Below are positions 9,461-18,565 of a stretch of 64,000 nt of DNA, in pieces (positions within the stretch are counted from its first letter, which is position 1; each line of letters starts with the position of its first letter). The translations under genes and the position numbers were made by a program. Below the pieces are notes generated by a model, which had not been told where the DNA came from, made no database searches, and was given only the letters and a program-made list of their open reading frames with translations. The stretch comes from an uncultured Bdellovibrionales bacterium (lineage in GTDB: Bacteria > Patescibacteriota > Minisyncoccia > Moranbacterales > UBA1568), in assembly GCA_964530135.1 (NCBI GenBank), contig CAZGXN010000002.1, forward strand, positions 3,308-67,307, in the 5' to 3' direction.

Positions 9461-9853
9461 ATGAAAATAGCTGTTTTTCCGAATCCTTTCGACTGGTTCT
9501 CTGGCCAGCTTCGCGGATGGAATCAGATCCAGGAGTTGATCTTCCAAGACTGGATTGCCTTCCTCAACCAAGTCAGCCAAAGAGCTGACAGGCTCTCTCC
9601 ACGAGATATCGCCCTCGATCGGATCAACCAGATGCAGGTTCTCCTGTATCGCGGATATGTCCGTCGGCAGCATCTGAAAAAGCTCTCCAGTCACGAGCGC
9701 GAGATGCAACGCTTTGCCCAATGGATGCACCGCCACTCGGAAAATTTCCGTCGCCTCATCGACCTGTATCCAGAATGGCTCGCGCAGTTCAATGATCCAG
9801 CATTCCCGCGTGCTCGGCTCCTGCGTACGATCGCATTCCACCTATACCAATAA
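9461..9853 (+). CDS. hypothetical basic soluble protein
   Basis: ATG preceded by AAGGAG at 7 nt; 130 aa, R/K/H-rich, no recognisable domain; the competing minus-strand ORF 9254..9841 overlaps the flippase and was rejected. Confidence 0.45.
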   Translation: MKIAVFPNPFDWFSGQLRGWNQIQELIFQDWIAFLNQVSQRADRLSPRDIALDRINQMQVLLYRGYVRRQHLKKLSSHEREMQRFAQWMHRHSENFRRLIDLYPEWLAQFNDPAFPRARLLRTIAFHLYQ

Positions 9854-9938
9854 ATGGGACCCTCTGTGCCCAATGAAAAAGTCCGAACACTCAGCGAGTG
9901 AACGGACTTCTTTTTTTAATAACCTAAAAGGAAAATTA

Positions 9939-11477
9939 TCATTTCCCAGGCCCCCAACGATAAACCGTGATATCTCCGCGGACACTCGCGTTACTGACAC
10001 GCTCCCAATGCTTTTCAACATACTGTTCAACCTCTGAAGAGATATAATCCTCATCATTGCCAGAATAGATAAACCATCCGGATGGATATTCGGCTTCAAT
10101 TTTCTGAACATCAGCGAGAGAAAGTTTTTCCTTTGAGAGTTCGCCTCCAAAATCAAAAACTTTCACCTGAGCCCCACTCCAATAGTAATTGCGAAAATTG
10201 CGCGTAATGAGAGCATCTCCGGCCAGGCGCTCTTTCTTGAAGTATGTGAACACTTTCCGGTAATTTGGATTTCCGCCCGAAGAGGTTTCATGGTACGTAT
10301 TGTTCTCCTCAAAGAAATAACCAAGGTTCGGAACAAGGATAAAGAGTGCGATTCCGGACAGTATCCCTGTGCGCCAATTCCAGCGTTCTCCGATCGCCTT
10401 CTGCAAAAATTCAAACACCCCTATGATACCCGTCGCCGCTAAGATCATTCCGAATGATTGGATGAAAAATATATACTGCGGCCCGACATTCCGGCGCCAG
10501 AGAAAGATTGCCATAAGAAGCGGCACAAAATAAGCGAGGATGAGATACCAGACGGCTGAACGATACTCTGTTCTCCGAAAGAGAAAAGCGGTGCCAAAAA
10601 CAATAAGCCCGGCACCGATGACTGGTGTCGCAAAATCAGCAAGTGCGTGCGTCAAATATCCGAAGTGGTCATCAAAGAAAATAAGTCCCTGTGTAAAAGA
10701 CCGTATCGTCTTGGGGAAGAAGAGGAATGCAACCACTACTGCCCCTGCACCAAACAGAGTGGAATACCCGTACCGATTTTTCCATTCGCCCGTTGCGCGA
10801 TAACGGAGATATGTCTGAAGTAAGACATATGCGCCGAAAGAAATCAGGAGATGTGCTGTCATCTGATGCACCGAAAGAGACAACACTGTGACCGCTCCCG
10901 CCAATACGAGATACGGTACATGAATACCAAAGCGACGTGAAGCATCTTTCAAAAATGTGATGCTGCCCTCATAGGTGCGCTCATAGGCTGCATAGAGCGC
11001 GGTCGCAGCAGTGAGGTAGAGCGGAAAGAACATGGCATACATGCGGAGGCGACGGCTAAAGATGATCGCTGAAATGGAGAGGGCACACATGAGCGCGGCC
11101 ACCAGACCAATATCACGCCTCTGAGTAAAAATCCAAGCAGACCAAAAAACAATCAGGATTGCAAAGATTCCCCAGGCCACACTCACGGAACGCGCGACTG
11201 CCTCAGTCGGAGGCAGGATACTAAAGAGCGCGGCCACCTGAAACTTGTACGGTGCAGCGCGTTCATCCCGAAGCACATTCTCATTCACACTACTCGGCAT
11301 AGTGTAATTAAAATCCCAGGCTTGCCACTCCCCAGTCTGATGATAACCATACGCTGAATTGATATCGAGGAATTCGTCCGCAACAAAGGAATTCTCACCA
11401 AGATTATAAAAACGAAGTACAACCCCAACCAGAAGGATAATCACAAGTATCTGAATCGTTCGTTTCCAATCAAGCAT
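9939..11477 (-). CDS. GT-C fold membrane glycosyltransferase, ArnT/PMT (GT39/GT83)-like
   Basis: 'RFYNLGENSFVADEF' first-loop DE motif region typical of ArnT/PMT_2 family, many TM helices, soluble C-terminal domain; start set at the internal ATG to avoid overlapping the upstream gene (alternative 11513; ORF-track 11648). Confidence 0.75.
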   Translation of the reverse strand: MLDWKRTIQILVIILLVGVVLRFYNLGENSFVADEFLDINSAYGYHQTGEWQAWDFNYTMPSSVNENVLRDERAAPYKFQVAALFSILPPTEAVARSVSVAWGIFAILIVFWSAWIFTQRRDIGLVAALMCALSISAIIFSRRLRMYAMFFPLYLTAATALYAAYERTYEGSITFLKDASRRFGIHVPYLVLAGAVTVLSLSVHQMTAHLLISFGAYVLLQTYLRYRATGEWKNRYGYSTLFGAGAVVVAFLFFPKTIRSFTQGLIFFDDHFGYLTHALADFATPVIGAGLIVFGTAFLFRRTEYRSAVWYLILAYFVPLLMAIFLWRRNVGPQYIFFIQSFGMILAATGIIGVFEFLQKAIGERWNWRTGILSGIALFILVPNLGYFFEENNTYHETSSGGNPNYRKVFTYFKKERLAGDALITRNFRNYYWSGAQVKVFDFGGELSKEKLSLADVQKIEAEYPSGWFIYSGNDEDYISSEVEQYVEKHWERVSNASVRGDITVYRWGPGK

Positions 11478-11487
11478 ACGCTCGTCA

Positions 11488-13284
11488 TTATTCTGACTGA
11501 TTATTTGCCTCATCCTCAAGTTTGTCGAGGGTGCTGCCATCTTCACTAGTACCACTCTTTGAACGACTGAAATATTCGTTCCAAGTATACCGCGGGGGCG
11601 CTTTAGAGTCACTCGGCTTTGGGATCGAAAAGTCCTGGCGCTCTCCAATAATCACCGATTCTTTCGGTAAGAGCTCAATCGCCACGAGTGTACCAAATGG
11701 TGTCATCGTTCCGATATCATAACTTGCCCGATACTTCCTCAATGCATCTTCAAGATCCGACTGTGCCCGTACAATAAGATAATAGACTCCTTCCCGATAA
11801 ATACCATCATATCCAAGCACGGCATTTTCTACTCCCCGTTTTTCAAGAAGGTATTTCAATGCCCGACGATGCTGCGGCTCACTGAACATATACACGGGGT
11901 ACCCCTGCACTCTTGAACGCGCCTGAAGAAAATCGACGATAGCCAACTGCTGTTCCAGCGTTACTCGGATACGCTCCTTGAGAATCCGATCGGGTGGACT
12001 ATCAACGGGTTCAGTTTTTGCTCGGGATAATTCATCAAAACGATGAGTGAGTGAAGAGAGATTGAGTCCAGCGAGCATGAAGAAAAGCAGGGCCACGACA
12101 ATACGGCCGTAGGCGCGCCCCGGCAACGCTCGGACAACAATCAATCCAAGACATCCAAGCAAAACAAAGAAAAAAGGTCCGGAAAGCAGGAAAAATCGTG
12201 GTGCCACACCGTATGCAAGCGGTGTAAACAACCCAAAAGTAACTATCAACCACAGACCTACAGCCAGGAGAAAGTCTTTTTTCCTTCGTTCTTTTTCCCG
12301 AAGATAGAGGAATCCAAACGCGAACACCGCCAACCCAAATACACTGGCCGCGATAAGACCGTAGGGCTTCCCAATATCGCATTTTGTCTGACATGTAATG
12401 ACAAGGCCGCTAACCGTCTTCACGCTTGGCAGGGTTCCACCTTCAAATCCCGTCATTATGACGAGTCCGGCCAGAGTATGCTCGGTAATATTGCGAATGA
12501 ATTTCTCAAGGAAAACATGGTCTTCTTTGGTTGATTTCTCCGTGATTGCGTCAAAAAATTCTTTTGTATTCGCCCCGCCACTCGCCCATTCATTCAAAAG
12601 CATCGGAAGATAACCGATGATGACGATACCCAGTGCTGCCCCCCAGGCCCGAAGACTGAATTTTGGACGCCGCAAAAGAAAAAAGATGGCGAGGAATGTT
12701 GGTATTGCGAGAAAAGCCAAAAAATGAAGCTGTGTCGCAAGAGTGAAGGCAAATACCGAAACAGCAAACCAACGCCCCGGATGGCGCACCTCACCACCGA
12801 CCGCACGGAGCAACCCATACATGCCAAGAAGGAGAAAGAACGGCAACATATTTGGATTCCAAGCAAAACGGCCATACATCACAAAATATTCGGACACCGC
12901 AAAAACCAGGGTGAGTAATACACTCAGCCAATCAGGAAAAAAACGTCGCATCAAAAGAAAAAATATGCCGATGGATGCTACTGACACGGTCAGTACGATC
13001 GCTGCCATCCCGGCCGGTGTCCCGCCGAATATGGAAGCTCCAAGATATTGGAGGTAATAATACCCGGGCGCAAGCCGGAGAAAAGTCCCACCGGCTTTCG
13101 GTCCGAGGAGGGGGAGTGCCGCTGGACCCTCCTCGAGCGCCCGATCGATAACACGCGCGTCTCGCGATTGATCCAATTCAAAATGTAGCCAATCCGTGAA
13201 GTGATAGGAGCGGAGGAAAAATCCCAGCGTAATAATGAGTGCGAGCCCGATCCACACGAGCCGTTGTCGCCTTTCTGGAACCAT
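11488..13284 (-). CDS. GT-C fold membrane glycosyltransferase, ArnT/PMT-like (paralog)
   Basis: 'LGFFLRSYHFTDWLHFELDQSRDA' loop-1 region, more than 10 TM helices, about 200 aa C-terminal soluble domain. Confidence 0.75.
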   Translation of the reverse strand: MVPERRQRLVWIGLALIITLGFFLRSYHFTDWLHFELDQSRDARVIDRALEEGPAALPLLGPKAGGTFLRLAPGYYYLQYLGASIFGGTPAGMAAIVLTVSVASIGIFFLLMRRFFPDWLSVLLTLVFAVSEYFVMYGRFAWNPNMLPFFLLLGMYGLLRAVGGEVRHPGRWFAVSVFAFTLATQLHFLAFLAIPTFLAIFFLLRRPKFSLRAWGAALGIVIIGYLPMLLNEWASGGANTKEFFDAITEKSTKEDHVFLEKFIRNITEHTLAGLVIMTGFEGGTLPSVKTVSGLVITCQTKCDIGKPYGLIAASVFGLAVFAFGFLYLREKERRKKDFLLAVGLWLIVTFGLFTPLAYGVAPRFFLLSGPFFFVLLGCLGLIVVRALPGRAYGRIVVALLFFMLAGLNLSSLTHRFDELSRAKTEPVDSPPDRILKERIRVTLEQQLAIVDFLQARSRVQGYPVYMFSEPQHRRALKYLLEKRGVENAVLGYDGIYREGVYYLIVRAQSDLEDALRKYRASYDIGTMTPFGTLVAIELLPKESVIIGERQDFSIPKPSDSKAPPRYTWNEYFSRSKSGTSEDGSTLDKLEDEANNQSE

Positions 13285-13376
13285 CTTTTCATCTCACCAT
13301 TTTCCCTCTATGATAGGGAAAAGGCCGTACATTAAGCCTTATTTATTGTAACCCGTTCTCACTCCTAGAGCAAAAT

Positions 13377-15620
13377 ATGGTCAAACGCTTTTTTACCCCC
13401 TTTCTCTCGGGACTCCTCGCCCTCAACGCGCTTCTGTTTGTTGTACAACAATTCAAATGGTTTCCCCAGGCAAAGATTACCGAAACTGACGACATCTTTT
13501 ACTTTTTTTTCCTCGTTCTTGGCATCGTGTCCATCGGTGCTGTTCTCTATTTCACGCCCCTTCACCACATCCGCACCATCCTCGAAAAACTCCTAGTTAT
13601 TTTTTTCCCAACCGAACTGATTCTTATCTTCGGCCTGTCACAGTCAAAGAATTTTCACTATGTCTTCTTCATGGCCATTGGTGCCTATATTCTCCTTGCC
13701 GGTATGGTCGCTATTCATACGGCCATAACCCGTGAGACAGGCGAACGACCTCTTCTGCGGCATACATTTCGATCCGTTTTACCCTGGGGACAGGAACAAG
13801 GATTATCGACTCTCATTTTGGTTACCCTCCTCACGGGAATTTTTTTCTCATTCGGCGTCTCTGGACTGACTCGCTTTGCCGCAGTTGATGAACCCCTCTG
13901 GACTGATGGACGGATTCCAAAATATTGGCACAATATCGAAGAACATGACTGGCGTGGCACACGAATCAGTGACAAGCCCGGCATCACCGTGGCTCTCGCC
14001 GCTGGCCCGGGAATGTGGTTTATCAATACGAAAGACTACAAGGCGATCCGGTCGGCCAGTATCCTCAAAACCAATCACCTCAATATCGAAACCCTGTACT
14101 GGGCCTTTCGACTCCCCCTCCTCATCGTTATTACACTCTTCTTACCCTTCTTTTATATCTTTATAGAGCGGCTATTGAGCAAACGCGAAGCGCTCATTAC
14201 CTACGCCGCCATCACCCTTTCACCCATTCTCATCGGGATGAGCAAGATTATTAATCCGGATGCGCTCCTCTGGATCTTCGTCCCGCAAGCGCTATTCGCA
14301 TATCTTGTTTTTCTAAAACGCCGCCAATACCGCTACCTCATCCTCGCAGGTATCTTGGTCGGACTCGCACTCCTTACAAAATATGTTGCCAACTTTGTGA
14401 TCGTCTTCATGGTTGGACTCATCTTCCTGGAATGGCTGTATCAAGATACAACCCGCCAGTTATCACTCGCACACTATCTCAAAAGGTCTCTCTCCGAGCT
14501 TTCCATCCTTATCTTTACCGCCCTGGCCACTTTTTATGTTCTATTTCCGGCTGTCTGGATAAAGCCAGAAAAACTTATTACTTCGACTCTGTACAGCCAG
14601 GCCTTTGAAAAATTTGCGCCACTGTTTATTGTTCTCCTCATTTTCATCGGGATCGATCTGATGTGGAATCGCACCCGTGCGCTCGCATTTCTCCTCAGAC
14701 TCTTCGAACGCTACCGTGAGTGGCTCGGCTGGGGCATTGCCAGTCTCAGTATCACAGCGATCGCCTTTACCCTCATCAACAGCTGGCGGGGTATGCCTTG
14801 GTATGACTTCATGACACTCCTCGCTTCACCCAAGACAATTGCCGGCCACACTGATCTCATCGGTATTTTTCTTTCCAACTTCTACCCCCTTGTCTTTGGC
14901 TTCACGCCCATTATGCTGATCGGTATGCTCGCCGGCATCAGTCTCATATTCCGTAAAGCATTTTTCCAACAGGATACGGCTCGACTCGCATTCTACTGCA
15001 TTCTCTTTATCCTGCTCTACTATGTTGGAGCGACCGGCAACGGTGTCGCGATGATTGTCCGTTACCAGATCATCCTCTTCCCTATCGCGGCTCTCTTGGC
15101 CGCCCTTGGTCTCCTCGCGCTCTTTGACCGTTTCATCCGCACCCGGAGAGAACCGTTCTTTGCACTCTTTCTCGGTGTGATTATCCTCACGGGCATCGGG
15201 ACGCTCCGTATGACGCCCTTCCCACTCTCATATGCCTCAGGATTGCTACCGGTCCGATACCATACCGATGTAAAAGATATGGGTCCTGGGAGTTATGAAG
15301 CCGCACAGTGGCTCAATCAACAACCGAATGCTGAAAATCTTACTATCTGGACCGATAAGGACGGTGTCTGTAAGTTCTTCATCGGCCAGTGTCGTCGGGG
15401 TTTCGGTAACTATGCGACTCGGCGAGCTGAAGGAATTGACTATATTGTCGTCTCATCCGGACGAGAAAGCCGGACGACAAAGATGATCACAGCTCAGGTA
15501 AACAGCGGTGTGCCAGCTATCCGCTATGACCAGTACTATCAAAAGGATACTCCGGCGCACGAAATCCTGATCAATGGCCGGATCAATCACTTTGTAAAGA
15601 TATTTCGCTTTGCCGAGTAA
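13377..15620 (+). CDS. large polytopic membrane protein, putative GT-C-like glycosyltransferase
   Basis: 747 aa, more than 12 hydrophobic segments, 'FAAVDEPLW' acidic loop motif; function inferred only from architecture and context. Confidence 0.55.
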   Translation: MVKRFFTPFLSGLLALNALLFVVQQFKWFPQAKITETDDIFYFFFLVLGIVSIGAVLYFTPLHHIRTILEKLLVIFFPTELILIFGLSQSKNFHYVFFMAIGAYILLAGMVAIHTAITRETGERPLLRHTFRSVLPWGQEQGLSTLILVTLLTGIFFSFGVSGLTRFAAVDEPLWTDGRIPKYWHNIEEHDWRGTRISDKPGITVALAAGPGMWFINTKDYKAIRSASILKTNHLNIETLYWAFRLPLLIVITLFLPFFYIFIERLLSKREALITYAAITLSPILIGMSKIINPDALLWIFVPQALFAYLVFLKRRQYRYLILAGILVGLALLTKYVANFVIVFMVGLIFLEWLYQDTTRQLSLAHYLKRSLSELSILIFTALATFYVLFPAVWIKPEKLITSTLYSQAFEKFAPLFIVLLIFIGIDLMWNRTRALAFLLRLFERYREWLGWGIASLSITAIAFTLINSWRGMPWYDFMTLLASPKTIAGHTDLIGIFLSNFYPLVFGFTPIMLIGMLAGISLIFRKAFFQQDTARLAFYCILFILLYYVGATGNGVAMIVRYQIILFPIAALLAALGLLALFDRFIRTRREPFFALFLGVIILTGIGTLRMTPFPLSYASGLLPVRYHTDVKDMGPGSYEAAQWLNQQPNAENLTIWTDKDGVCKFFIGQCRRGFGNYATRRAEGIDYIVVSSGRESRTTKMITAQVNSGVPAIRYDQYYQKDTPAHEILINGRINHFVKIFRFAE

Positions 15621-16594
15621 TGCGTTGTTGATGGTCCTGAGTCTGTGGTACGGCGCAGGATGAGGTAGTTTGGTAATGCAAGAAAAGAAATGAGCATCTG
15701 GAGAAGCCGCGAGCACAAGGCAGCGGTTACTGCGAGTTCCGACGAAACACCGACGAGTCCGAAAAAAAAGACATAGGCCCATTCCTTCACGCCAATATTG
15801 TTAATAGAAATCGGGATATTGGCCACGAGCGTCGCTGCAAAGATAGCGCTCCCAAACGCCAGTAGTGAAATATCTGCTCCAAGGCTAGAAAAAAGTATAA
15901 AGTTACTGCCACCGATACCAACGAGGGTAAAGAGTGATGCCCAAAGTATGGTTTTCATGTATATGTTTCTGCTGATGAAGGGAACAAAATCCCCCAGAAG
16001 AAGCGTTGGTTTTTTCCAGGGTAACAATTCAAAAAGGGATACTGCGAGTGTATACAATCGCTCCACTACAAACAGTGCGAGAAGCATCGCGAGAGCCACT
16101 GAAAGCGTGATGGCAGCAAATAGTATGAATACCGGACGATCAAGGAGGATTTGCCAGGGCAACAGCGTAATTCCAATTCCAGAAAAAAGAAAGAGTGCCA
16201 AGAGGCCAGTGATGCGGTCAAACAAGACCACTGCAAAGGCACGGGATCGCTCACCGACTTTGGACATCCAAAATACTCGATACGCATCACCGCCAACAGT
16301 TGATGGAAGGAAGTTGTTTATGAGAGCCCCAGTGAGATAAGCAAAGACCCCTTCCTGTATCGAAAACTTAAACCCCTGAATGCGAGCGAGATACTGCCAC
16401 TTGGCGGAAGAAATGATATTTCCCAGTATCTGGACACCCATGTAAGCAAAAATCAGTGGTCCAGAAGCATTGGCCAAGATATGACCAACCACTGGCCAAT
16501 CAACTTTTTGGATAAGCCAGTATACGAGCACGGCACTCACGGCGATTTTCAGTACTGTTTTCCAATATTGCATATCTCTCACTATAGCAATCAT
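15587..16594 (-). CDS. LPG-synthase-TM / flippase-like domain (UPF0104) membrane protein
   Basis: 'NNFLPSTVGGDAYRVFWMSK' motif characteristic of the lysylphosphatidylglycerol-synthase TM / flippase-like family, about 8 TM helices; convergent 34-bp overlap with the upstream gene's 3' end. Confidence 0.6.
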   Translation of the reverse strand: MIAIVRDMQYWKTVLKIAVSAVLVYWLIQKVDWPVVGHILANASGPLIFAYMGVQILGNIISSAKWQYLARIQGFKFSIQEGVFAYLTGALINNFLPSTVGGDAYRVFWMSKVGERSRAFAVVLFDRITGLLALFLFSGIGITLLPWQILLDRPVFILFAAITLSVALAMLLALFVVERLYTLAVSLFELLPWKKPTLLLGDFVPFISRNIYMKTILWASLFTLVGIGGSNFILFSSLGADISLLAFGSAIFAATLVANIPISINNIGVKEWAYVFFFGLVGVSSELAVTAALCSRLLQMLISFLALPNYLILRRTTDSGPSTTHYSAKRNIFTK

Positions 16595-16603
16595 TCAGAC
16601 GAG

Positions 16604-16630
16604 TCGCTATTTTTTAGCGATTTTTTCTTT
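16604..16630 (+). terminator. hairpin plus T-tract (terminator-like) at the start of repeat copy 1
   Basis: TCGCTA-ttttt-TAGCGA followed by TTTTTTCTTTT. Confidence 0.45.
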
Positions 16631-16695
16631 TACCGAAGCCACATTTCCATATTTTCTCAGTATTGACTTATTCATAAATATGTGCTAATATGTGT
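16621..16695 (+). repeat. direct repeat copy 1 (about 70 bp, T-tract plus promoter module)
   Basis: ttttcttttaccgaagccacatttccatRttttctcagtattgacttattcata...gtgcta shared with 17894-17968 at roughly 90% identity. Confidence 0.85.
16663..16691 (+). promoter_or_regulatory. near-consensus sigma70-type promoter P1 (TTGACT, 17 bp spacer, TGc, TAATAT)
   Basis: -35 TTGACT 16663-16668, 17-nt spacer, extended -10 TGcTAATAT ending 16691; about 140-nt leader to the 16839 gene. Confidence 0.6.
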
Positions 16696-16838
16696 TGTCG
16701 CGTGCCTAGTGTGCGTGACAAGGGGTCTTTGTGCCTATCGTTGGTACTTTGACAATTTCAATCAGATATCCTGAAAAATTCGCCTCTTGTTTGTAGGGGG
16801 AGTAATGAGTTTTTCGGTGAATCTATACATCTGGAGAA

Positions 16839-17831
16839 ATGAAAATGAGCAGTTTGAGTACCTACCTGGGTCGGAAGAATTTCCACTTGATGGTCCGCGT
16901 GTTTTCCGTGACCGAGGCCGGCGTTGCGCAGCAATGCAAGGCAACACGCGAACTCGTGAACCGGGCGCTCGGCCTGAGATTCCACGGCCGCCCCGTGTTC
17001 TCCGGCATCAGCATCGTGGTACCCAGTTCGCCGGTGTATGTCAACTACGATTGCGGCCTCACGGCAGCAGCACTCGTGGATGAGTTCTGCGGCATGCACA
17101 AGGCCCCGTGCCCCATCCATGTCCGGGCTTACATGACGGGCGATCAATTCGTCGACGTATTCAACGAAGAGATCAACCATCTGGCTCGCGCGAAAGGACA
17201 CTACCTCCTGTCGATCTCGCCTGCCGTCCGGCATTACTGCAATGACACCGAGATGGCCAAGGTCATCACGGCCTGCCACAAGGGTGCCAAGATTGGCGGG
17301 CTCATCCTGCCGCAAGTCGAGGGCGTCGCCTGTGGTTTCGTTGGCAACATGTTCAGCTTCCTGGATATCGACGCAGCCATCCAAGTCGGCGGCTACCAAC
17401 ACTGCGCCCGCGACATTCGTCGAGATGACGAAACCTTCGTTGCGGTGCGCCACCCGACCGAAAAGGAGATCTCGATTCCGCTGAAAGCAGTCGAGGAAAC
17501 CCCGCTTATCGCTGCGATGCTGATCAAGCTTCGCGGGATACTCGAGACGGGTGAAATATCCGAGGAGGCCGTCCCCTTCATCGCGCCGATCCTTCCCGAA
17601 TCTTGGGAGGCTTGGCAACTGCCAGACCAAATTACTGGGTATGTGGCCTACCACGAGCTGAAGGTACGGTCGAAGTGGATCAGGCAGCGCGCCTTCCTCA
17701 GCATGCGTGGCCTCGCCTTCGATGACGTACGCCAGGCTGTCATGCCCGGTTACCGTCTGGAGGACTACGCCAGCGACAGCCGTTACGAACACCTCGTTTC
17801 GGCCATCAAGGCGACGGGATACCCCTTGTAG
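16839..17831 (+). CDS. hypothetical Cys-rich protein (330 aa) on the GC-rich island
   Basis: GGAG 9 nt upstream of ATG; about 60% GC versus about 48-50% in flanks; 8 Cys residues; protein-like composition, whereas the antisense ORF 16758..17792 is R/D/G/A-biased. Confidence 0.6.
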   Translation: MKMSSLSTYLGRKNFHLMVRVFSVTEAGVAQQCKATRELVNRALGLRFHGRPVFSGISIVVPSSPVYVNYDCGLTAAALVDEFCGMHKAPCPIHVRAYMTGDQFVDVFNEEINHLARAKGHYLLSISPAVRHYCNDTEMAKVITACHKGAKIGGLILPQVEGVACGFVGNMFSFLDIDAAIQVGGYQHCARDIRRDDETFVAVRHPTEKEISIPLKAVEETPLIAAMLIKLRGILETGEISEEAVPFIAPILPESWEAWQLPDQITGYVAYHELKVRSKWIRQRAFLSMRGLAFDDVRQAVMPGYRLEDYASDSRYEHLVSAIKATGYPL

Positions 17832-17863
17832 CCAAAGACGGCGGGGTAACCAGAGGCTCTGAA

Positions 17864-17902
17864 GCCGGCCAAGTGTAACAACACAGGGCCGGCTTTTTCT
17901 TT
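17864..17902 (+). terminator. intrinsic terminator after the 16839 gene
   Basis: GCCGGCC...GGCCGGC stem (7 bp) followed by TTTTTCTTTT; begins repeat copy 2. Confidence 0.7.
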
Positions 17903-17968
17903 TACCGAAGCCACATTTCCATGTTTTCTCAGTATTGACTTATTCATAGAAAGGTGCTATTATATAAA
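17894..17968 (+). repeat. direct repeat copy 2 (T-tract plus promoter module)
   Basis: see copy 1. Confidence 0.85.
17935..17963 (+). promoter_or_regulatory. near-consensus sigma70-type promoter P2 (TTGACT, 17 bp spacer, TGc, TATTAT)
   Basis: -35 TTGACT 17935-17940, 17-nt spacer, TGcTATTAT ending 17963. Confidence 0.6.
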
Positions 17969-18002
17969 GTTGCGTAAAAAATGCGCGACGAATTCACAGT
18001 CC

Positions 18003-18017
18003 GCTACCAATGGTAGC
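18003..18017 (+). promoter_or_regulatory. perfect 7-1-7 palindrome GCTACCA-a-TGGTAGC in the leader of the 18039 gene (candidate operator)
   Basis: read directly from sequence; lies between P2 and the SD. Confidence 0.35.
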
Positions 18018-18038
18018 TTTTCCAATCAGGAGATCTCA

Positions 18039-18530
18039 ATGAAAACTGGAACCTGCACTTACCAGGTGCGCACCTGTGTCCATTTCTTCGGCATCTACAA
18101 CGATTCGAAAAACAATATTGTGGTCGAAGACCGTGACCCGAACAAGGTCGCCATCCCCGACAAAGCCTACGCCTTTGTCTTTTATGACGAAGTGGTGGCC
18201 GAGGTGAAGCTCGAAATTGGCACGGTCGCACTCAAGAACGAGGCCACCGTCGATGGTCGTTATGTTGGTTGGCTGAATAAATCGTCCGTCCACTACTGTG
18301 GCGGCAGACTCTTCACCGTCGCCGAGGGCGAACGATTCTTCCGTGAACACGCCAGCGCCTTCTACGGCACGGGCGATCCTATGGACGGCGAAGACAACCT
18401 TTTCGACCTCATCCGTACGGGCAAGCGGCCTGGAGTGACCCACATCCTCCAGCAGCGCAATGGCGACATCACCCCCTTTTGCGAAGGCGTGGATGTGATC
18501 GTCCCCCTTCCCGAGCCCGCCACGGCCTGA
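18039..18530 (+). CDS. hypothetical protein (163 aa) on the GC-rich island
   Basis: AGGAG 6 nt upstream of ATG; the ORF-track TTG start at 17970 was rejected because it would begin inside the promoter; no recognisable domain. Confidence 0.55.
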   Translation: MKTGTCTYQVRTCVHFFGIYNDSKNNIVVEDRDPNKVAIPDKAYAFVFYDEVVAEVKLEIGTVALKNEATVDGRYVGWLNKSSVHYCGGRLFTVAEGERFFREHASAFYGTGDPMDGEDNLFDLIRTGKRPGVTHILQQRNGDITPFCEGVDVIVPLPEPATA

Positions 18531-18565
18531 ACCAATACCTGATACTCTTGTCAGGTAAATTGAAA

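Noticed and set aside
9254-9841. 195-aa minus-strand ORF
   Set aside because: It overlaps the 3' end of the Wzx flippase and is antisense to the SD-equipped 9461 ORF. It has no start signal and an Asp/Glu-rich, low-complexity composition.
16758-17792. 344-aa minus-strand ORF covering the GC-rich island
   Set aside because: It is antisense to the plus-strand gene, which has an SD, a promoter and a terminator. Its composition is Arg/Asp/Gly/Ala/His-biased with strings like 'HECCCREAAIVVDIHRRTGYHDADAGEHGAAV', typical of a reverse frame of GC-rich coding DNA. It has no RBS.
17970-18038. TTG-initiated extension of the second island gene
   Set aside because: It would start inside the promoter and -10 region. 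The ATG at 18039 has AGGAG at optimal spacing.
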